This document shows, piece after piece, positions 1 to 16,334 of a stretch of DNA of 64,000 nucleotides. Position 1 is the stretch's first letter. Each line of letters starts with the position of its first letter. The notes under the pieces were generated by a model. That model saw only the letters and a list, made by a program, of their open reading frames with translations. It searched no databases and was not told the origin of the DNA. The translations under genes and the position numbers were made by a program. The DNA comes from the human T2T-CHM13v2.0 reference genome, Homo sapiens, in the NCBI RefSeq assembly GCF_009914755.1, contig NC_060934.1. The stretch is one strand, 5' to 3'.

Positions 1-797
1 TCGAGGGCCCACACTGATGAATTTCCGGATCTTCTCTCCCTGCGTCATGGTAAGTTCCCTGAGAAAAGGGATTTGATTTATTGGTCCATCAGCACACAGA
101 GGGCTGGCTTCAATGTGAAAGGCACTTTTCTCAGATCAACTTTATTGGATGAAACCATGAGAAAGGCAATTAGTGGCTCCCTGAAGGAGCTGAAACTTGA
201 GTTTGGGTTTCACTCACACCCATCACATCTAAAGTATATTTGGGGAAGGAAGGAACTCCAGGAGGAAGGGATCGTTTTACCCACCAAACCCTTGCTTGTT
301 GGCAAACAAGTTGCCCTGATGACAGCCACAGGTTTGATTTCCTCACTGAAGCCTGCAGTGGGTTCTCTAGCTCTGCTCCAGGGCAAGGTTACACACAAAA
401 AAATCTAACAAGAAATCACCAAGGCGTGAAACCTGTCCAAATCCATTATATTCTGGAAGGGATCCATGGCCCTTCATCCTTCCCCGAGGACAAATCTATA
501 GAAATGTTCTGTTTGCTTTTCTGCTGTTTATAAACATCTGCAATAACTTAGGGGTGTCTAGCCCTGTCAATCTGGCCAAACTCTGTGGCTGAAAATCAGA
601 AAGCTCCCCTAATGGGAAACTTGGTCACTCTACCCCCAGAGCTTGCAAGGCTGTGGCCTAACGAATGTTCTAGAAGTTCACAGCTTCCTCCCTCAATGTC
701 TTCCACTTCGACATTTTCCCCAGAGTTCATGACATATGATAAATGCCAACTTATAAAACACCTTAAGACAGTTCACTGTGGCTGCATTCCATTTTTA

Positions 798-1126
<329 letters not shown>

Positions 1127-1843
1127 AGAAAAATGCAAAAAGTTCTCTTGAAAAGCCAGTTGCTAAACTGAGAATAACATCCAAGTCTTCTTATCTTTAA
1201 TATGAATCAGTTTTTATTAAAAACTCTCCGGCAGTTATTAACGTTGCCAGGATAAAAGTGGTATCAATGCTGTATTGGTCTTCGATTTAGTGGTGTTTTT
1301 TTCTTTGAGATGATGTGCCTGTCTTCTGCAGCCTATACTCCTCACGAAACAAGGAAAGTTAGAATGATCTACTGGGGAAAAACAAAGATTTCTAGCAATA
1401 TATCAAATAGAGAATTTGCCACAGTGAACAGCAGATTTAACCAAGATGCCACAAAGTGAAGGGAGCAAAAATTAAACCTGAGAGGGAAGGATGAGGAAAA
1501 TCCACAATGTGTTTGCTTTTCTTTAAAAAACCTGGAAATAACTTTTTCAAGAAAGTCCCCCTGGGTCAAATGAGATGTATGTAATTTGTGGGAGAAACTT
1601 GGGACGAACAGAATAGGCTTAGCGTGAAAGAATTCTTGCTAAAACCAGTCGTTTCTGTCTGCACTGGTACAAAAACAGCAGAGCACAAAACCCAGAATGT
1701 GATACTATCGTAACAGAAAGGAACAGCCTGCAATTCAGAAACAGTAATATAATGCTAGCATTGGCCTCACTCCTCCATATTTTATGAGCAGAATCATGAA
1801 GGTCAAGTTCTCAGGGGCGGGATATTTCATAAGTAGAGTGTTG

Positions 1844-2151
1844 CAGGTCCTTCATCCATTATCACAATTCCAAAATTCAAAAAGCTAGAGTCTAAGAAAC
1901 ATTTCTTAACCCATCTGGCGGCAAACTTCATCTTTTTGCATGAGGCAATGATGGACCTTTCTATTTGCGCCCACTTGCTGCGCATATCCATGTTTTGGGC
2001 TGGAGGTGTTGATGTGTTTAATTCCAGGTGCTGCCCTAGGCCCTGCCCAGGGTGTCGTACAAGCCCTGAATTACCTGCCTAAATCCTGCCAAGTTCTGAA
2101 TTCGTAAACATTGAGACCCTAAAGTTCTAGATATACATACGTGGCTCTCTG
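1844..2151 (+). mobile_element. Tigger-family DNA transposon remnant (MER46C-like)
   Basis: caggtcc..ttatcacaattccaaaattcaaaaagct start and ttctgaattc..aaaca end resemble MER46C from memory. Confidence 0.6.
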
Positions 2152-2626
2152 TTCCTTTGTTCGATCATACAGTGGACCTAGAAAACTGAGACAGATTAAT
2201 GAGGGAAGTTATAGATTTTCATTCTTTGCTGATCTTTAAGAAATCATGCAGGAAACAATCTTTAATTTCCCTTTCCTTTCTTCCTCCTCCTTTTTTTGGT
2301 AAACCAAGGTGAAGCTGAGGTTACAACAAAGAAAAGAGAGCACCTGCCTATCTCCGCCCAATCACATGCTTTTTTCCCCAGGTGTGTAGGAAAGAAATGT
2401 TGCAGGGGTCTTCCACCATTGGGTTGGGTCCCATCTGTCTGAGAAACTTTTCCTGCCATAGTGTGTGACCATTCACAGACAAAGGGAATCACTTGGAGGC
2501 CCCAGGAGGTTTTTCCAGCATGGGATTCTGAATTCTGGGCATGAATCATAGATAAATCACATGAATTTACCAACTGTTTGTTGGGGGCAACATTGCAAAC
2601 ACATTGATGAAATATGTACCTTTCTA

Positions 2627-2928
2627 TTTTTTTTTTTTTTTTTTTTTGAGACAGGGTCTCGCTTTGTTGCCCAGGCTAGAGCGCAGTTTTGAGATCATGG
2701 CTCACTGCAGCCTCCACCTCCCAGGCTCAAGTGAACCACCTGCCTTAGCCTCCAAGCAGCTGGGACTACAGGTGCTTATCACTGCACCTGGTTAATTTTT
2801 TAAATATTTTGTAGAGATGAGGTCTCACTATGTTGCCTAGGCTCATCTTGAACTCCTGGGCTCAAGCAATCCTCCTGCCTTGGCCTCCCAAAGTGCTGGG
2901 ATTATAGGCGTGAGCCACAGTGTCTGGC
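2627..2928 (-). mobile_element. Alu (AluJ-like)
   Basis: Poly-T followed by reverse Alu consensus. Confidence 0.93.
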
Positions 2929-3650
2929 AGTGCCTTTATTTCTGTTGCTAATTGTTAAGTTATATAAGTAAGGATTTCTTCCTTGATTACCGAGTCTCGT
3001 TTTCTGGGGTGAAATGAAGTTTTATGAATTTCTAATTTATGTTAGGTATAAACATGTAAAATTTAAGACAAATTTAAAAATTGTTTCATAAGTCTACAAT
3101 TTCAGGCAAATAATTTTCTCAAAAAGCCCAAGAAGAAACGATTAACTTTCTATATTTCTCAGTATCACCCTTTAGTTTCAGAATTTCCACTCTGAAAAAC
3201 TGACACAGTACCATAGCCATGAAACGTTTTGCTGTTCACAGGTATAACTGAAAATATGATATTTTAATATGTTAAATAAATGCCTAACAAAAGAAGTAAG
3301 CTGTCATAATACAAAATTTCCTCCTTACTTGGCTTCTAAGCAATTCGCATAGAATTTGAAGAATATCATCCTGCAAAAAAAAAACTACCCTATCCCTATC
3401 CAAATACTTTTTTATGCTTTGAAAATGTGAATTACACACTTGAAAGCTCCATCAAATAGACTTTAGTGCACAAAACAAAGCTTTCTGTAACAATTTATAA
3501 CTTTTCCACTTGAACATTTTGCTTCAAATTTTCACAGATTCTGTTCCTTTCAAAAGCTCTTGCTGGTGTGAAAGATTCCATCTGCTCTTCAATTACTCAT
3601 GGCCCTTAAAGTCATTTTTAAATCATGGGAAAACGCCACACACAATTCTT

Positions 3651-3652
<2 letters not shown>

Positions 3653-3686
<34 letters not shown>
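3653..3686. repeat. (GT)n microsatellite
   Basis: Direct observation. Confidence 0.97.
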
Positions 3687-3690
<4 letters not shown>

Positions 3691-5378
3691 CAGTATATAA
3701 ATAGTATATGAGAATTATATTAATTTCAATTCTTCCCACAAAAACTCTTCTTTGGGCTGTTAGGTGTGTTTCAAGTTTAACAGATCAACTTTTTTTTTTC
3801 TAGGATGTTTCCAACAGGGAAATTTGAAAGTTTAGGTAGATATTAAAGTTACTGTTAAGTTACATAAGTTATGTTCCCAATGTTAACTATTTCAGACATA
3901 ACTGAGTATTTTTTCAGGAATTATCTAAAAGCCTCAGCAAGTCTATTTCTCGTACCATATGATCATGCCAGCTGTTTATTTTCAAGTGGTCAATTTAAAA
4001 ATCGTAGGGAAATATGCCCCAAATGATCTAATAACGATTTGAAACCGAGCTAGCTAGAGCTAGAGCTAAAGCTGTGGTAGTAAAACCACTTCTGTAAGTG
4101 CAGGGAAATGATATTGGTATACTAGGAATTGTGATTTACAGACTGCTGCTTTAGATTAATCAAGTCTCCATGTTGTAGCTGGCAAGAAAATGACTTTGTC
4201 ATCTTTTTAAAGATCGCAATCGATATAAACGTTTATATTACTCAAAAAAAGTCTTTTAGAAGAAAATTAGTTCTTCGTGTTCTTTTCCTGTTGATCATCT
4301 AAAGCTCTTCCTCTAGCCTGTGACTTCCCAAAAGGCACCCTCTGGCCTGGCAAAAAAGACTTACAAACCTGGAATTTTCGGATACCAGTAAGTTGAGTTC
4401 AGTTTATATTAATTCACACATGGCTCTTTATAAAGGCAGAACAGATTTCAAAGAAAGAAAGAGAAAACCAAGAAGGCACTCTTTTTGGGCCATAAAAATT
4501 TCTTTCCACACTAGTGAGCACACCATCCCATGGTTTATAGAAGATAAAATACTAAAAGGTCTTTACATTTTTGCCTCTAACCGCTCCCCTGGGCACCTAA
4601 TAACATGTGGTTTGTGGAAGTTAATGGGAATTTTTCAGCACAAATAAATACTCCAACTCCTCTTCTAAAATGGAGGTGAAAATCAATTTTCCTTGTTAAT
4701 GAGGGACTGCTACTATTTGTTTCCATTGATTGGGTGATGCATTGTTCTGTTTCTAAAAGCAAGCTGTTTTTCATTTTTTGTTTTAAAGAAACAGAATTAG
4801 TAACTTGCAGACTGACACCGCAGGTATACACTAAGATTTCTTAGCCGACACTCACTAAGCTCTGATAAGCTGATATTCTCTCACTTGGACTGGCATTTCA
4901 TCTTGTAGAGATGTCATGTAAACTGGCCCCCAAGTATTCAATCAAAACCTGAGTTCTTTTCCTTTGGTGGCTATGTTTATTTGGAATGGTGAGCCTGTAG
5001 ACACAGGGTCCCTTCCATCGCCTCTTAAGCATGTGATGGGTTCTGCTGAACAGAGCCAGGTAGGCAAAACGTGGACCAAGAATCTTTACACGGAATTTCC
5101 TTACTATCTGTCTTTTCCAGGTGCTGTTTGCTTTCTGGTCTTAATAAATCTCATGCTGGGAGAATCCTGTTTTAGTGATTAGCATCAGTATATCCAGTCC
5201 TCGGAAACAAAAATATTTCCAGGTCCCAGAAGAGGGTCCAGAGTAACACAGCTTTACTGATCTGGTTTCAATAAATCTTGTTAACAAAAAATTCTATAGA
5301 ACAGATGTTTTTTACTTGTCTCTGTTAATGTATGGACGATTCTTTATTTCAAAGGTAGTGTGATTTTGGCATTTGTGA

Positions 5379-5786
<408 letters not shown>

Positions 5787-6755
5787 TAGAAAGATCAGAA
5801 GGGCTGGCAGAGGTGAAGTGATTCTCAAAATCAGGGTAAGGAGATTGGCTGATAAGGTTTTCAGTTAAGGTCCCTTATAGACAAAAACCAAAAAATCAAG
5901 TTTTTGTATGTGATATCTCCCTCAGTACAGTGTTGCAATGAGACTTCTGTTAAATTAAATTAGAATATAACTAGAAAATTGGACGTCCTATCAGTCGATT
6001 AAATGAGGTATTCTCTGCACTGAACTTTTTAAGGAAGAGAACATTAGTTTTTCTATCATAACCCAAGAGTTTTTAAAAAAGCTTTGAAACAGAAAACATC
6101 AGTGCTCCATTCTCAAAACCCTGCACTGTTTACGATGAATAAAGTATGTAAGAATCATAGATAATGTCTGTTAGTTAGTTGGCCAATGGTCAACAGCGAT
6201 TATCGAAAGACAATTTTTTGTTTTTAAACTGCATCGGTTCTTGTCTTCCAAATATTTGGCCCACAGCTGCCTTTGTTAACAGCTTGGAGGCTACTGAATT
6301 GTTTTTAAAGAGAAATGCCAACTCTACTGACTTCCTGATTGTCGACAGACATGAGGTTTTTTGTTTTACATGTATATACATCAGGAAATGAAATGAGATT
6401 ACTACATGCTGTGCTAAGGAAAACAATAAAAGTGAAAAAATGTTATTTTTAGATAAGACTATTTCCTAAACCTTTAGAAGTATCGTACAAATTTGTCCTC
6501 CATTTGGTAGAATATGAACATGTGTGGTCTGTATCTCTTCTATGGCAGGCGATACTAATCATCTATCTAGATAACAGTCATTTTCTCTCAGCACGCTAAA
6601 CCTGACATTTCAGTGTAAAGTCCAATAAGACAAGGAAGTGAGCTATTTTGTTAGTGGGAAAGAAAAGACAGTTATGTAAGAATAAGCCTTCAGGCATCTG
6701 CTGAGCAAAACAGAGAGCCCAAAAGAAGAAACGGAAGAGCAAGTGAGTTTCATGA

Positions 6756-7197
<442 letters not shown>

Positions 7198-7571
7198 TGA
7201 ATTAATACTCATTCCACATAAATGTAATTTGGATATAGTCCCTGAAATGTAAATATCTAGGATAATAGTATCCTGAAGAAAATAGCCTTTTGGGAAGTTT
7301 TAGATTCAGGACCTTTCAGGCTATGAAAGAGTTACTTTATCTTTTGTGTGTGGCCATTCATTTAAAAGGTTATTGGATCCTCTGGATTTTAGAAGATCTT
7401 TGAGTTCAGCCCTAGACCCTGTGTTATATCTAGAAAAGCCTTTTCTAGGGTTCTGTGTGTTCTAAGCTGGTATTTTATTAATGTGGTTCAGGAAAACATA
7501 TCTACAGTATGGAAGTCAAAGCCATTCCTTTAAATAAAACTGAGGTTATATAGTCATGCATTTAATAATAG

Positions 7572-7902
7572 TGATAGATGCAGGAGGCATGCAGATGCAG
7601 ATAAGGAAACCTGCACAGGGTCTTGCCCGGGCGTGCCTGCAAGGGACTGGGGCCCACATGTGCACTAGGAGAAGGGGGTGGAGCCACCAAGAATTCATGC
7701 CTTATGCAGGGGAGGAGACTGATATTCAATCTGTGAGGTGGGAGCCTGTTGGCAGGACCCTCTCTTTTTTTGCTGAGAGCCTTCTTTTCGCTTAATAATC
7801 CACTCTCCTCTCCCTTCAGTGTGTCCATGTGCCTATTTTTTCCTGGTCGTGAGACAAGAAGCTGGATTTTAGTTGAACTAAGGAGCAAAAAATCCTGCAT
7901 CA
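7572..7902 (+). mobile_element. Solo ERV1 LTR (LTR27/LTR28/MER52/MER61-related group)
   Basis: TG...CA termini, 4-bp target-site duplication ATAG, 3' end gaactaaggagcaaaaaatcctgcatca; subfamily uncertain. Confidence 0.8.
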
Positions 7903-9017
7903 ATAGCAAAAACAACTTTCTATAATAAATCATAAATAAATTTATTTATATAAATTACATAAGTTATGAGAATGGGACATCTAAAATACCTAATGTTTAG
8001 CCACTGAACCGAATGTGGTCAATTTCGACGTGTTGGGTATCTTCCCAGAAGCAGATGGGAAGGAATTTGGAATTACTTCTATTACTCCACAATTTTAGGC
8101 CACTCAAGTGTACTAGTTTCTCTGGACCTCTGAAGATGGCTTTACTAGCATGGGCCTGCTACAGAAAAAGGGTGTTTATCAGAGACTCCCATGTAACAAA
8201 TCACCCCCACCGTCCATGGTGTAGGTTTTAGGCTGTGAGATAAACTGACCTTTTGGATAAGGTGTCTGACCTCTCCCCTCTCCTGACAGTGATTTCTCTT
8301 CCCAGACAGCTGCGCTTACAAACAAACTGCTAGGTAGCAGTAGCACTTTGACAAATGGAGCACAACCCGGATCCTTTGTTTCTTTGAATTCAGCCAACAA
8401 GCTGGCATTCCAGAAGCTCATTAGGGGGCCATGAATTACTGTGGAGGCCAAGCCTGCACTTCCTTCTCCCTGGCAATCCATGTGGCCACACGTTCCCATG
8501 ATCCGTGGGGCCAGATCATGCTATTCCCAGTTCACATTCCATCCCGTCAGGGTACTCTCAAAATAAATAATATTTACAGCAGAGTTCAGAGCTGGCGAAA
8601 GAAATGTGGAGGGAAAAATGTGAGTAAGTAGACTAGACACTGGAATCCATTGGATTTGTGGTTTTTAAATCATTTTTTCATGGGACTTCAGAAATCTTTG
8701 TAAGTAGATATGGACTGGCACTTATCAAAACCCCAAATTCCAAGGCCAAATTAATGTCATAAAAAAGTGACAAATAAAAATTGTAACAAGATTTAGTTTC
8801 TGTAACCTGAAAACATTATGTTTAGCAAATTCGGTAAATGGTTACTGGCCACCTACAAAGTTCAAGGTCTCCAGCCAAAGCTACTTACAGTCATTATCTA
8901 TTTAAAAATTTGACTACCACTGCTTTATACCAAAAACTTGGAGAACTTAAATAAAAGGGGCCTGGAGGTCTCTTTATGCAAATATTCAAACAGAGCTGAA
9001 GAGATGGCATTTGAGAT

Positions 9018-9354
9018 CAGAGTCAGCAACTACAACCCCCTAGACAAATCCAGTCCTCTGCTTGTTTATGTATTACCCATGAACTAAGGATGGCTTTTAC
9101 ACTTTTAACTGATTGGAAAAAGAAACCAAAAGAAGAAGAATATTTTGTGATACATGAACATTTATATGAAATTCATATTTCTGTATCCATAAATAAAGTT
9201 TTATTGGAACACAATCAGGCTCATCCATTTACTTATCCTATGGGGCTGCTTTTGCACTTAGGAAGAGTTGTGTAATTGAAACAGAGATCGTACTGCGTGC
9301 AAAACTCAAGATACTGACAATCTGGCCCTCAACAAAAAAAGCTCGCCGATCCTT
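9018..9354 (+). mobile_element. hAT-Charlie MITE (MER58B-like)
   Basis: Contains the characteristic taaataaagttttattggaacaca core; about 340 bp. Confidence 0.8.
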
Positions 9355-9404
9355 GTTTTAGACTGTAAAATAATTTTTTGCTTTTGCTGAGATGTCTGAC
9401 TGAG

Positions 9405-9827
<423 letters not shown>

Positions 9828-10731
9828 TTAATACCAATTTGCTAATTTCCTGTTAATGGGCCAGAACCTTACGCCTTGATGCTTTCCTTTCCTGTTCATG
9901 TGGTTCACTCTTTTTGCCTCTAAACCTTGATTCTCCAGAATGGGCTACCCTGGCCTTTTTTTTTTTTTTCAGAGGAGCTTGATCAAACAGAATCCCAGGA
10001 ATAACGACTATCTTTGAGCAGATAGTCCTGCTAGTGGTTGGCTACACCCTCTGCTCTGTGCAGGGTCTGGTGATGATCACAAGAGATTTCAGGGCGATTT
10101 CAGGGCAATTTCAGCCATACTGATCAACATATGGTGATGAATGAAATAAATGACAAGTTTGCAGTTTTACAGGGTTATTAACAACATTCACAGATTCCCA
10201 GTAGTTGTCTGTTTATGTTTTCTCCAACACAATATCCTAAGACAGAAGGAAAGCAGAGGTGGGGTATTTTTATGTTGTAACATTTTCACGAATGAAATTT
10301 CCCTGTAAGAAAGTATTTTGTCCCTTGAGGGGCAGGGACTACATTGAGAGAAAAAAAGATGTCCACCTACTTGTCAGGACTGACAGGTTATCTGCAATCA
10401 TATTTACACCACAGTGGTGATTCCAGCCTCTACGAGACATTTGAGCAGCCTGTCCAACCTCAGGACAATGGGCATGTGTGACGCTGGGCCTAATGTCAGC
10501 TTTCCAGTAATCTCCGGGCTTTGCATGTAGTGGAGAATATCTCCCTTGCTATTACTATATTTTCTCCACCTGATCTATCTGTTTCAGTGGACAAGTTGAG
10601 AGTTAGATCTCATCATTAACATATAACATGAATAAATTGTCCACCTAAAAAGGACATCCTGATTAGTTTCTTTTAATAGAGAAGCAAGGGCTTACATTTT
10701 AAACAACACAACAACAAAATTGTAAACTTAC

Positions 10732-10754
10732 CTAGAAAAATCTCCCTTTGCCTC
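10732..10754 (-). CDS. FRMD4A: FRMD4A 23-nt microexon (probably exon 8), EAKGDFS+AG
   Basis: Minus strand: aattttttcttctacag|GAGGCAAAGGGAGATTTTTCTAG|gtaagt; continues the FERM peptide in frame. Confidence 0.94.
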
Positions 10755-11708
10755 CTGTAGAAGAAAAAATTCAACATCAGCGAAATACACTAAGCCAATG
10801 TTAGAGACTCTAAAGTACATTCTATAATCATGAGAGTTTCTCTACTGAATGAGATGAGTTCAGCTTCCTGCAGTTATCATCCTATTTGCTGCAGGAATAC
10901 AATTAAAACTGAATGCACACCTTTGCCATTTGAATATGAAATATGAAACTGAACTCTAGAAACTTATATACAAAGTAAGTGATTCATAATGACAAAATGC
11001 ACATCTCCACCTCTAAGCCTGGGTCTGACATGTTCTAGATTAAAGATTCTAAATATGAACATGTATCTGGATAGAACTGTCGATTTCTAGGGTCAGTTTT
11101 TGTTTTGGTTTGTATTTTATGCTAGTTCCCAATTATACTGAAGACTCTGGAGGTAGGGACCAGAGAAACTTTAGTGAATCCAGTATAATGCCCTGAACAT
11201 AGTAGTTGCTCAGTAAATACTTATTGAAGGAATAAAGAAATGATATCATTTTAACTCATCTTGCCACTATTAAGCTAATATTCTATAACATCTTTTTTTA
11301 CGTTTTATTTTTGCATAACCTAAAGGGCTTTACCTTGTCTTTCTAGGGGGCAGAACATGATTTTTTGGCCACTAACTCTAGCTATTCACTTGGCTTTCTC
11401 CAGGGTGGAGGTACCAAACCCAAAGAAAATGGGGTCAGTAAATGATCTCAGTTTCTCCCAGGCTCAGGTTAAACACACAACTTCGCTTTACAGGGATTTT
11501 CTGTCTTAACATTTTGAAATACTACAAGCCCCTGTTTATTGCTATGGTTTCCGTCAGTGTCTCTAATAGCTCTATGCAGCTTGTGGCTAAAAAAAGGTAA
11601 GACGACAAATAGTGAGTAGATACAGCTACTGGCTATGCCTGGTAAGTCTTACTTCCTTTCTTCTGTGTATGGCCGTGGGACATAAAGAGGAGGAGAAAAA
11701 CAACTTAC

Positions 11709-11765
11709 CTGTAAAATATAGGAAGCTAATTCAAACACCACTTCGCTGTCAACGTCAATAAGCTC
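11709..11765 (-). CDS. FRMD4A: FRMD4A coding exon (probably exon 7), 57 nt, ELIDVDSEVVFELASYILQ
   Basis: Minus strand: gctttttcctttcag|GAGCTT...TTACAG|gtaagt; phase 0 to 0. Confidence 0.96.
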
Positions 11766-11848
11766 CTGAAAGGAAAAAGCAACAAACGAAGACAAGTTTG
11801 GTATTTAACCACCATTTTTTTCTTTTATTTTAAATGACAGCTCTTCTT

Positions 11849-12089
11849 CGGGAGGATTACTTGAGCCCTGGAGTTTGAGACCAGCCTGGGCAACATAATG
11901 AGATGCTGCCTCTACAGAAAATTTAAAAATTAGCTGGGCAGGGTGGTGCACGTCTGTAGACGCAGCTGTTTTGGAGGCTGAGGTGGGAGGTTGAGGTTGT
12001 AGCGAGCTGTGATAGTACCACCGCACTCCAGCCTGGGTAATGGGGTGAGTGAGACCCTGGCTCAAAACAAACAAACAAACAAACAAAAA
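11849..12089 (+). mobile_element. Partial Alu (5'-truncated, internal deletion)
   Basis: Alu consensus with (AAAC)n tail. Confidence 0.88.
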
Positions 12090-12469
12090 GCCTTATTTTC
12101 TGAGGAATTGCTCAGAATCCCCAATATTCATAGAACATCTTGAGTCTCTGAGACCACACCCTGAATTATTCAGTCCTAAACACTCCCAACATCGTTTTTA
12201 CTGCTCTTAGCTGGGATGGACTAGGGGACCTGGGCCTACCCGACTATCTCAAGGGCCTCACCTTTAAATCTTTAGAGAAATTAAGAGGCAGACTAGGCCC
12301 CAGCATTTTACAAACCTGTTTGTTAATGTTATTAATCACTGGAATAGGGATGCTTGACAACAAAATGCATTTTCTTTAAAAACTAAACTTCAGAACTTTC
12401 TTTCTATAAAGAAAGGCTTTCTTGAAAGGCTGTTTTTTGAAAGGAATGTTACAGTGGGATTGTAACTCC

Positions 12470-12625
12470 TTAAAATTAAATAAAATGTAAAAATATAGTT
12501 CCTCGGTTGTACTAGCCACATTTCTTTCATGTGCTCAATAGTTCAGTGTCGCTAGTGACTACCGTATCGTCAGCTCAGATACAGAACGTTTCTACCACTG
12601 TAGAAAGTTCTATTGGTCAGCAACT
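12470..12625 (+). mobile_element. hAT-Charlie MITE fragment (MER3/MER33-like)
   Basis: tagccacattt...gtgctcaatag...agaaagttctattgg motifs. Confidence 0.7.
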
Positions 12626-12806
12626 GTTACACAGTGTAAGTTTAACAATGTTTCTGCCTATTAGTTCTTCCCCCAAATACTTAATTGTGATCTAGGGACG
12701 TGGTCTTCAAAGCACTTAAACCTCTCCTTGGTTTTTGAAAAAATTCCTTTTCTCTCTCTCTCTTTATATTTATATTTTTGAAATACATATTTCAAAATGT
12801 ATATAG

Positions 12807-13119
<313 letters not shown>

Positions 13120-13265
13120 AAAACAGCTTTATTGAAGTATAACTAAAACACCTCAAAAACTGCATATGTTTAATGTAAACAATTTGATGAGTTTGGACAG
13201 ATGCATACACCCATGATACCATTACCACAACCAAGGTAATAAACATATCGATCACATCCAAAGAT

Positions 13266-13269
<4 letters not shown>
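13120..13269 (-). mobile_element. Old L1 (L1MA/MB) 3' end fragment
   Basis: aacagctttattgaagtataact...aatttgatgagtttggac resembles a reverse L1M 3' UTR. Confidence 0.7.

Positions 13270-13309
<40 letters not shown>
13270..13309. repeat. (GT)n microsatellite
   Basis: Direct observation. Confidence 0.97.
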
Positions 13310-13312
<3 letters not shown>

Positions 13313-13324
13313 GTAAAAACACCT

Positions 13325-13623
13325 AGCTGGGCATGATGGCTCACACACTTTGGGAGGCAGAGGCGGATGGATCACTTGAGCCCAGGAGTTCAAGACCAGC
13401 CTGGTCAACGTGGCGAAACCCCATCTCTATTAAAAATACAAAAATTAGCCTGGAGTGGTGGTGTATGCCTGTAGTCCCAGCTACTTGGGAGGCTGAGGTG
13501 GGAGGGTCCCCTGAGCCTGCGGAGGTTGAGGCTACAGTGAGCTGTAATCATGCCACTACACTCCAGCCTGGTGACAGAGAGACCCTGCCTCAAATAAACA
13601 AACAAACAAACAAACAAACAAAA
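13325..13623 (+). mobile_element. Alu (AluJ-like)
   Basis: Alu consensus with (AAAC)n tail. Confidence 0.92.
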
Positions 13624-14189
13624 CCTAACAACAACAAACTCACTAACCATGAGGACATGACCTACCTTCTTAATAAACTTCTAAGTCTTCTAAGTGCACA
13701 ACACTCTCTCATTATACATAGCTCACATGTTAAAGACAAAGAGAAGCCTGGAGTCCATCAGCATGCCAGAATAATACACAATTTAATTGATATCCTATGT
13801 CTGGTGTCAAGCTTAAGCACAAATATCCATTTTATTTTTCTTTCCCTAGTATCACAAGATCCCATAGTGGCTGACTGGATGACAGAGAGCTAGAGGTAAA
13901 AGAGATTTAGAGACCAGCCAGCCTGACCCTGTGCTTTTACTGAGAATGGAACCCAAAAACATCAAGGGACTTTGCAAAACCACAGGGCCTTAATGGCACT
14001 TAAGGGGCCGGGAACAGACCCCCTACTACTTGTCCAGTGTGTGACCTCCCTTAGGACTTACATTTCCACCCAAATCAATAGAGAATCAGTTTCAGCCAAT
14101 GTATTCTAAGAACAATATCTATAATCCAATTTGCTTAGCAAGAGTTTCTATTCACTTGCATTACAAGCCAGACTCTGATTCAAGGATTG

Positions 14190-14560
<371 letters not shown>

Positions 14561-15881
14561 TAAAACAATGCATTCAAGCACACCTGGATCTTTTAAAGGA
14601 GAGATATCTTTCAGGCTCCTTTGGGCCTGGGAATTTCACAGTTGGATACTAATATTTGCCCTGGAACCACCTTAGAAGTACGGGTTAAAAGAACTCATGA
14701 GAGCCTACGGAAGAATTGGGGACAATAATTCCTTACGTTTAACCAGCTGAAAGAGCTTTACGGCGGTTGGAATTGATAGAGGCTGTCGGTGCTGGGATGC
14801 GGAAGAATGTTTGGAATTGCAGTTCCGGGATTAGCAGGTCCCATCAGAATGTAAATCATTTAACAGTGTACAGATGGCTTCACAGAAACACTGTCCAGGA
14901 TTTCCACAATAGATGGTTTCTACTCTCACTCTGTGCGTTTCCATTCCCACCTGAATGCCTTGGGGTGCACTTGTTAGCGTGCTGTTGTATGTGTGCTTTT
15001 CTGTCAAACATTTACACCTTATGTTACAGCCAATGGTCGACTGCGGGCTAATATTTAACATCTGCTGAGAGGCTTATCTGATGCGCAACTCAAAACCAAC
15101 CATCAGAAAATAACACTTTTAAGTGTGAACATAGCTTTTAGTTTGCTATTTGATTCATCCGCTAAACGAAGATGTCTCTACCTGCGCGGAGGCGGGTAAC
15201 ACGAAGGAAGGTCTTTTATTCTATTTTACACAGCCCATTATGTGGTCCCAGGAGAGTATCATTGGTGAACATTAACTGTAACATAACTGATATCCACAGG
15301 AAAGCTACCAAAAATATCCACAGGAAAGCACCATCAAATATCTAACCTGATTGATTCAACTTCTCTCTCACCATAGTTGTTCTCGGGTTAAGTGAGAACT
15401 GGCACCTTTAACTGTGGTGACTTTTCGGGTGAAAAGCCTGACCTTGACTATCTATCTCCCAGTGAAGATATCAAAAACAGGAGGAGGTGAAATGTGGCCA
15501 GTGGGAGGGAAAATGATTAAAGATTCAAGCGCCCCAGGCATTGCACATGCTTACAAAATCTGATGGAAAGAGCTGCATTATTATTTCTGACCTCGCCTAT
15601 TTAACATGCATTGAATTTAAGGATCATTTCATTGGATGTTCTCATAGGACTCAACACAAAGACCAAAACGGTGTGGATAAGAACCAATCTAGGGTGGTGG
15701 GAAGACATCCTGAGAGTCTTTGCCCAATTCCCCAATGTCACTTGTTCATGATACTGTTTCCCCCTTATACACCTCATCCTTCCAGGTGGCTTTATCCTTA
15801 AGATTCTACCACGATGGAGCAGAGCTCTAGACTTCCGGCTTACTCTGAAAATTTCCCATGGTACTTCAAAACCTGAAAGCT

Positions 15882-16295
<414 letters not shown>

Positions 16296-16334
16296 TTATC
16301 TGACTTCTCCAGTGGTCCAGAGGTGGCTTTTCAT

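Noticed and set aside
2262-2573. ORF with TQPNGGRP, reminiscent of a CMAH motif
   Set aside because: Only a few residues match, with no extended similarity or exon structure; chance
10696-10731. Second donor-like site (AAT|gtaagc) 36 nt downstream of the microexon donor
   Set aside because: The extension reads AGG TAA (immediate stop) and the site is weaker than the native donor
11653-11708. Alternative donor (GAA|gtaaga) 56 nt downstream of the 57-nt exon
   Set aside because: The native CAG|gtaagt is perfect consensus; the extension is in frame only if the microexon is also skipped; no supporting evidence
13333-13893. 186-aa ORF, and the many ORFs with [21 protein letters not shown] motifs
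   Set aside because: Translations of Alu sequence
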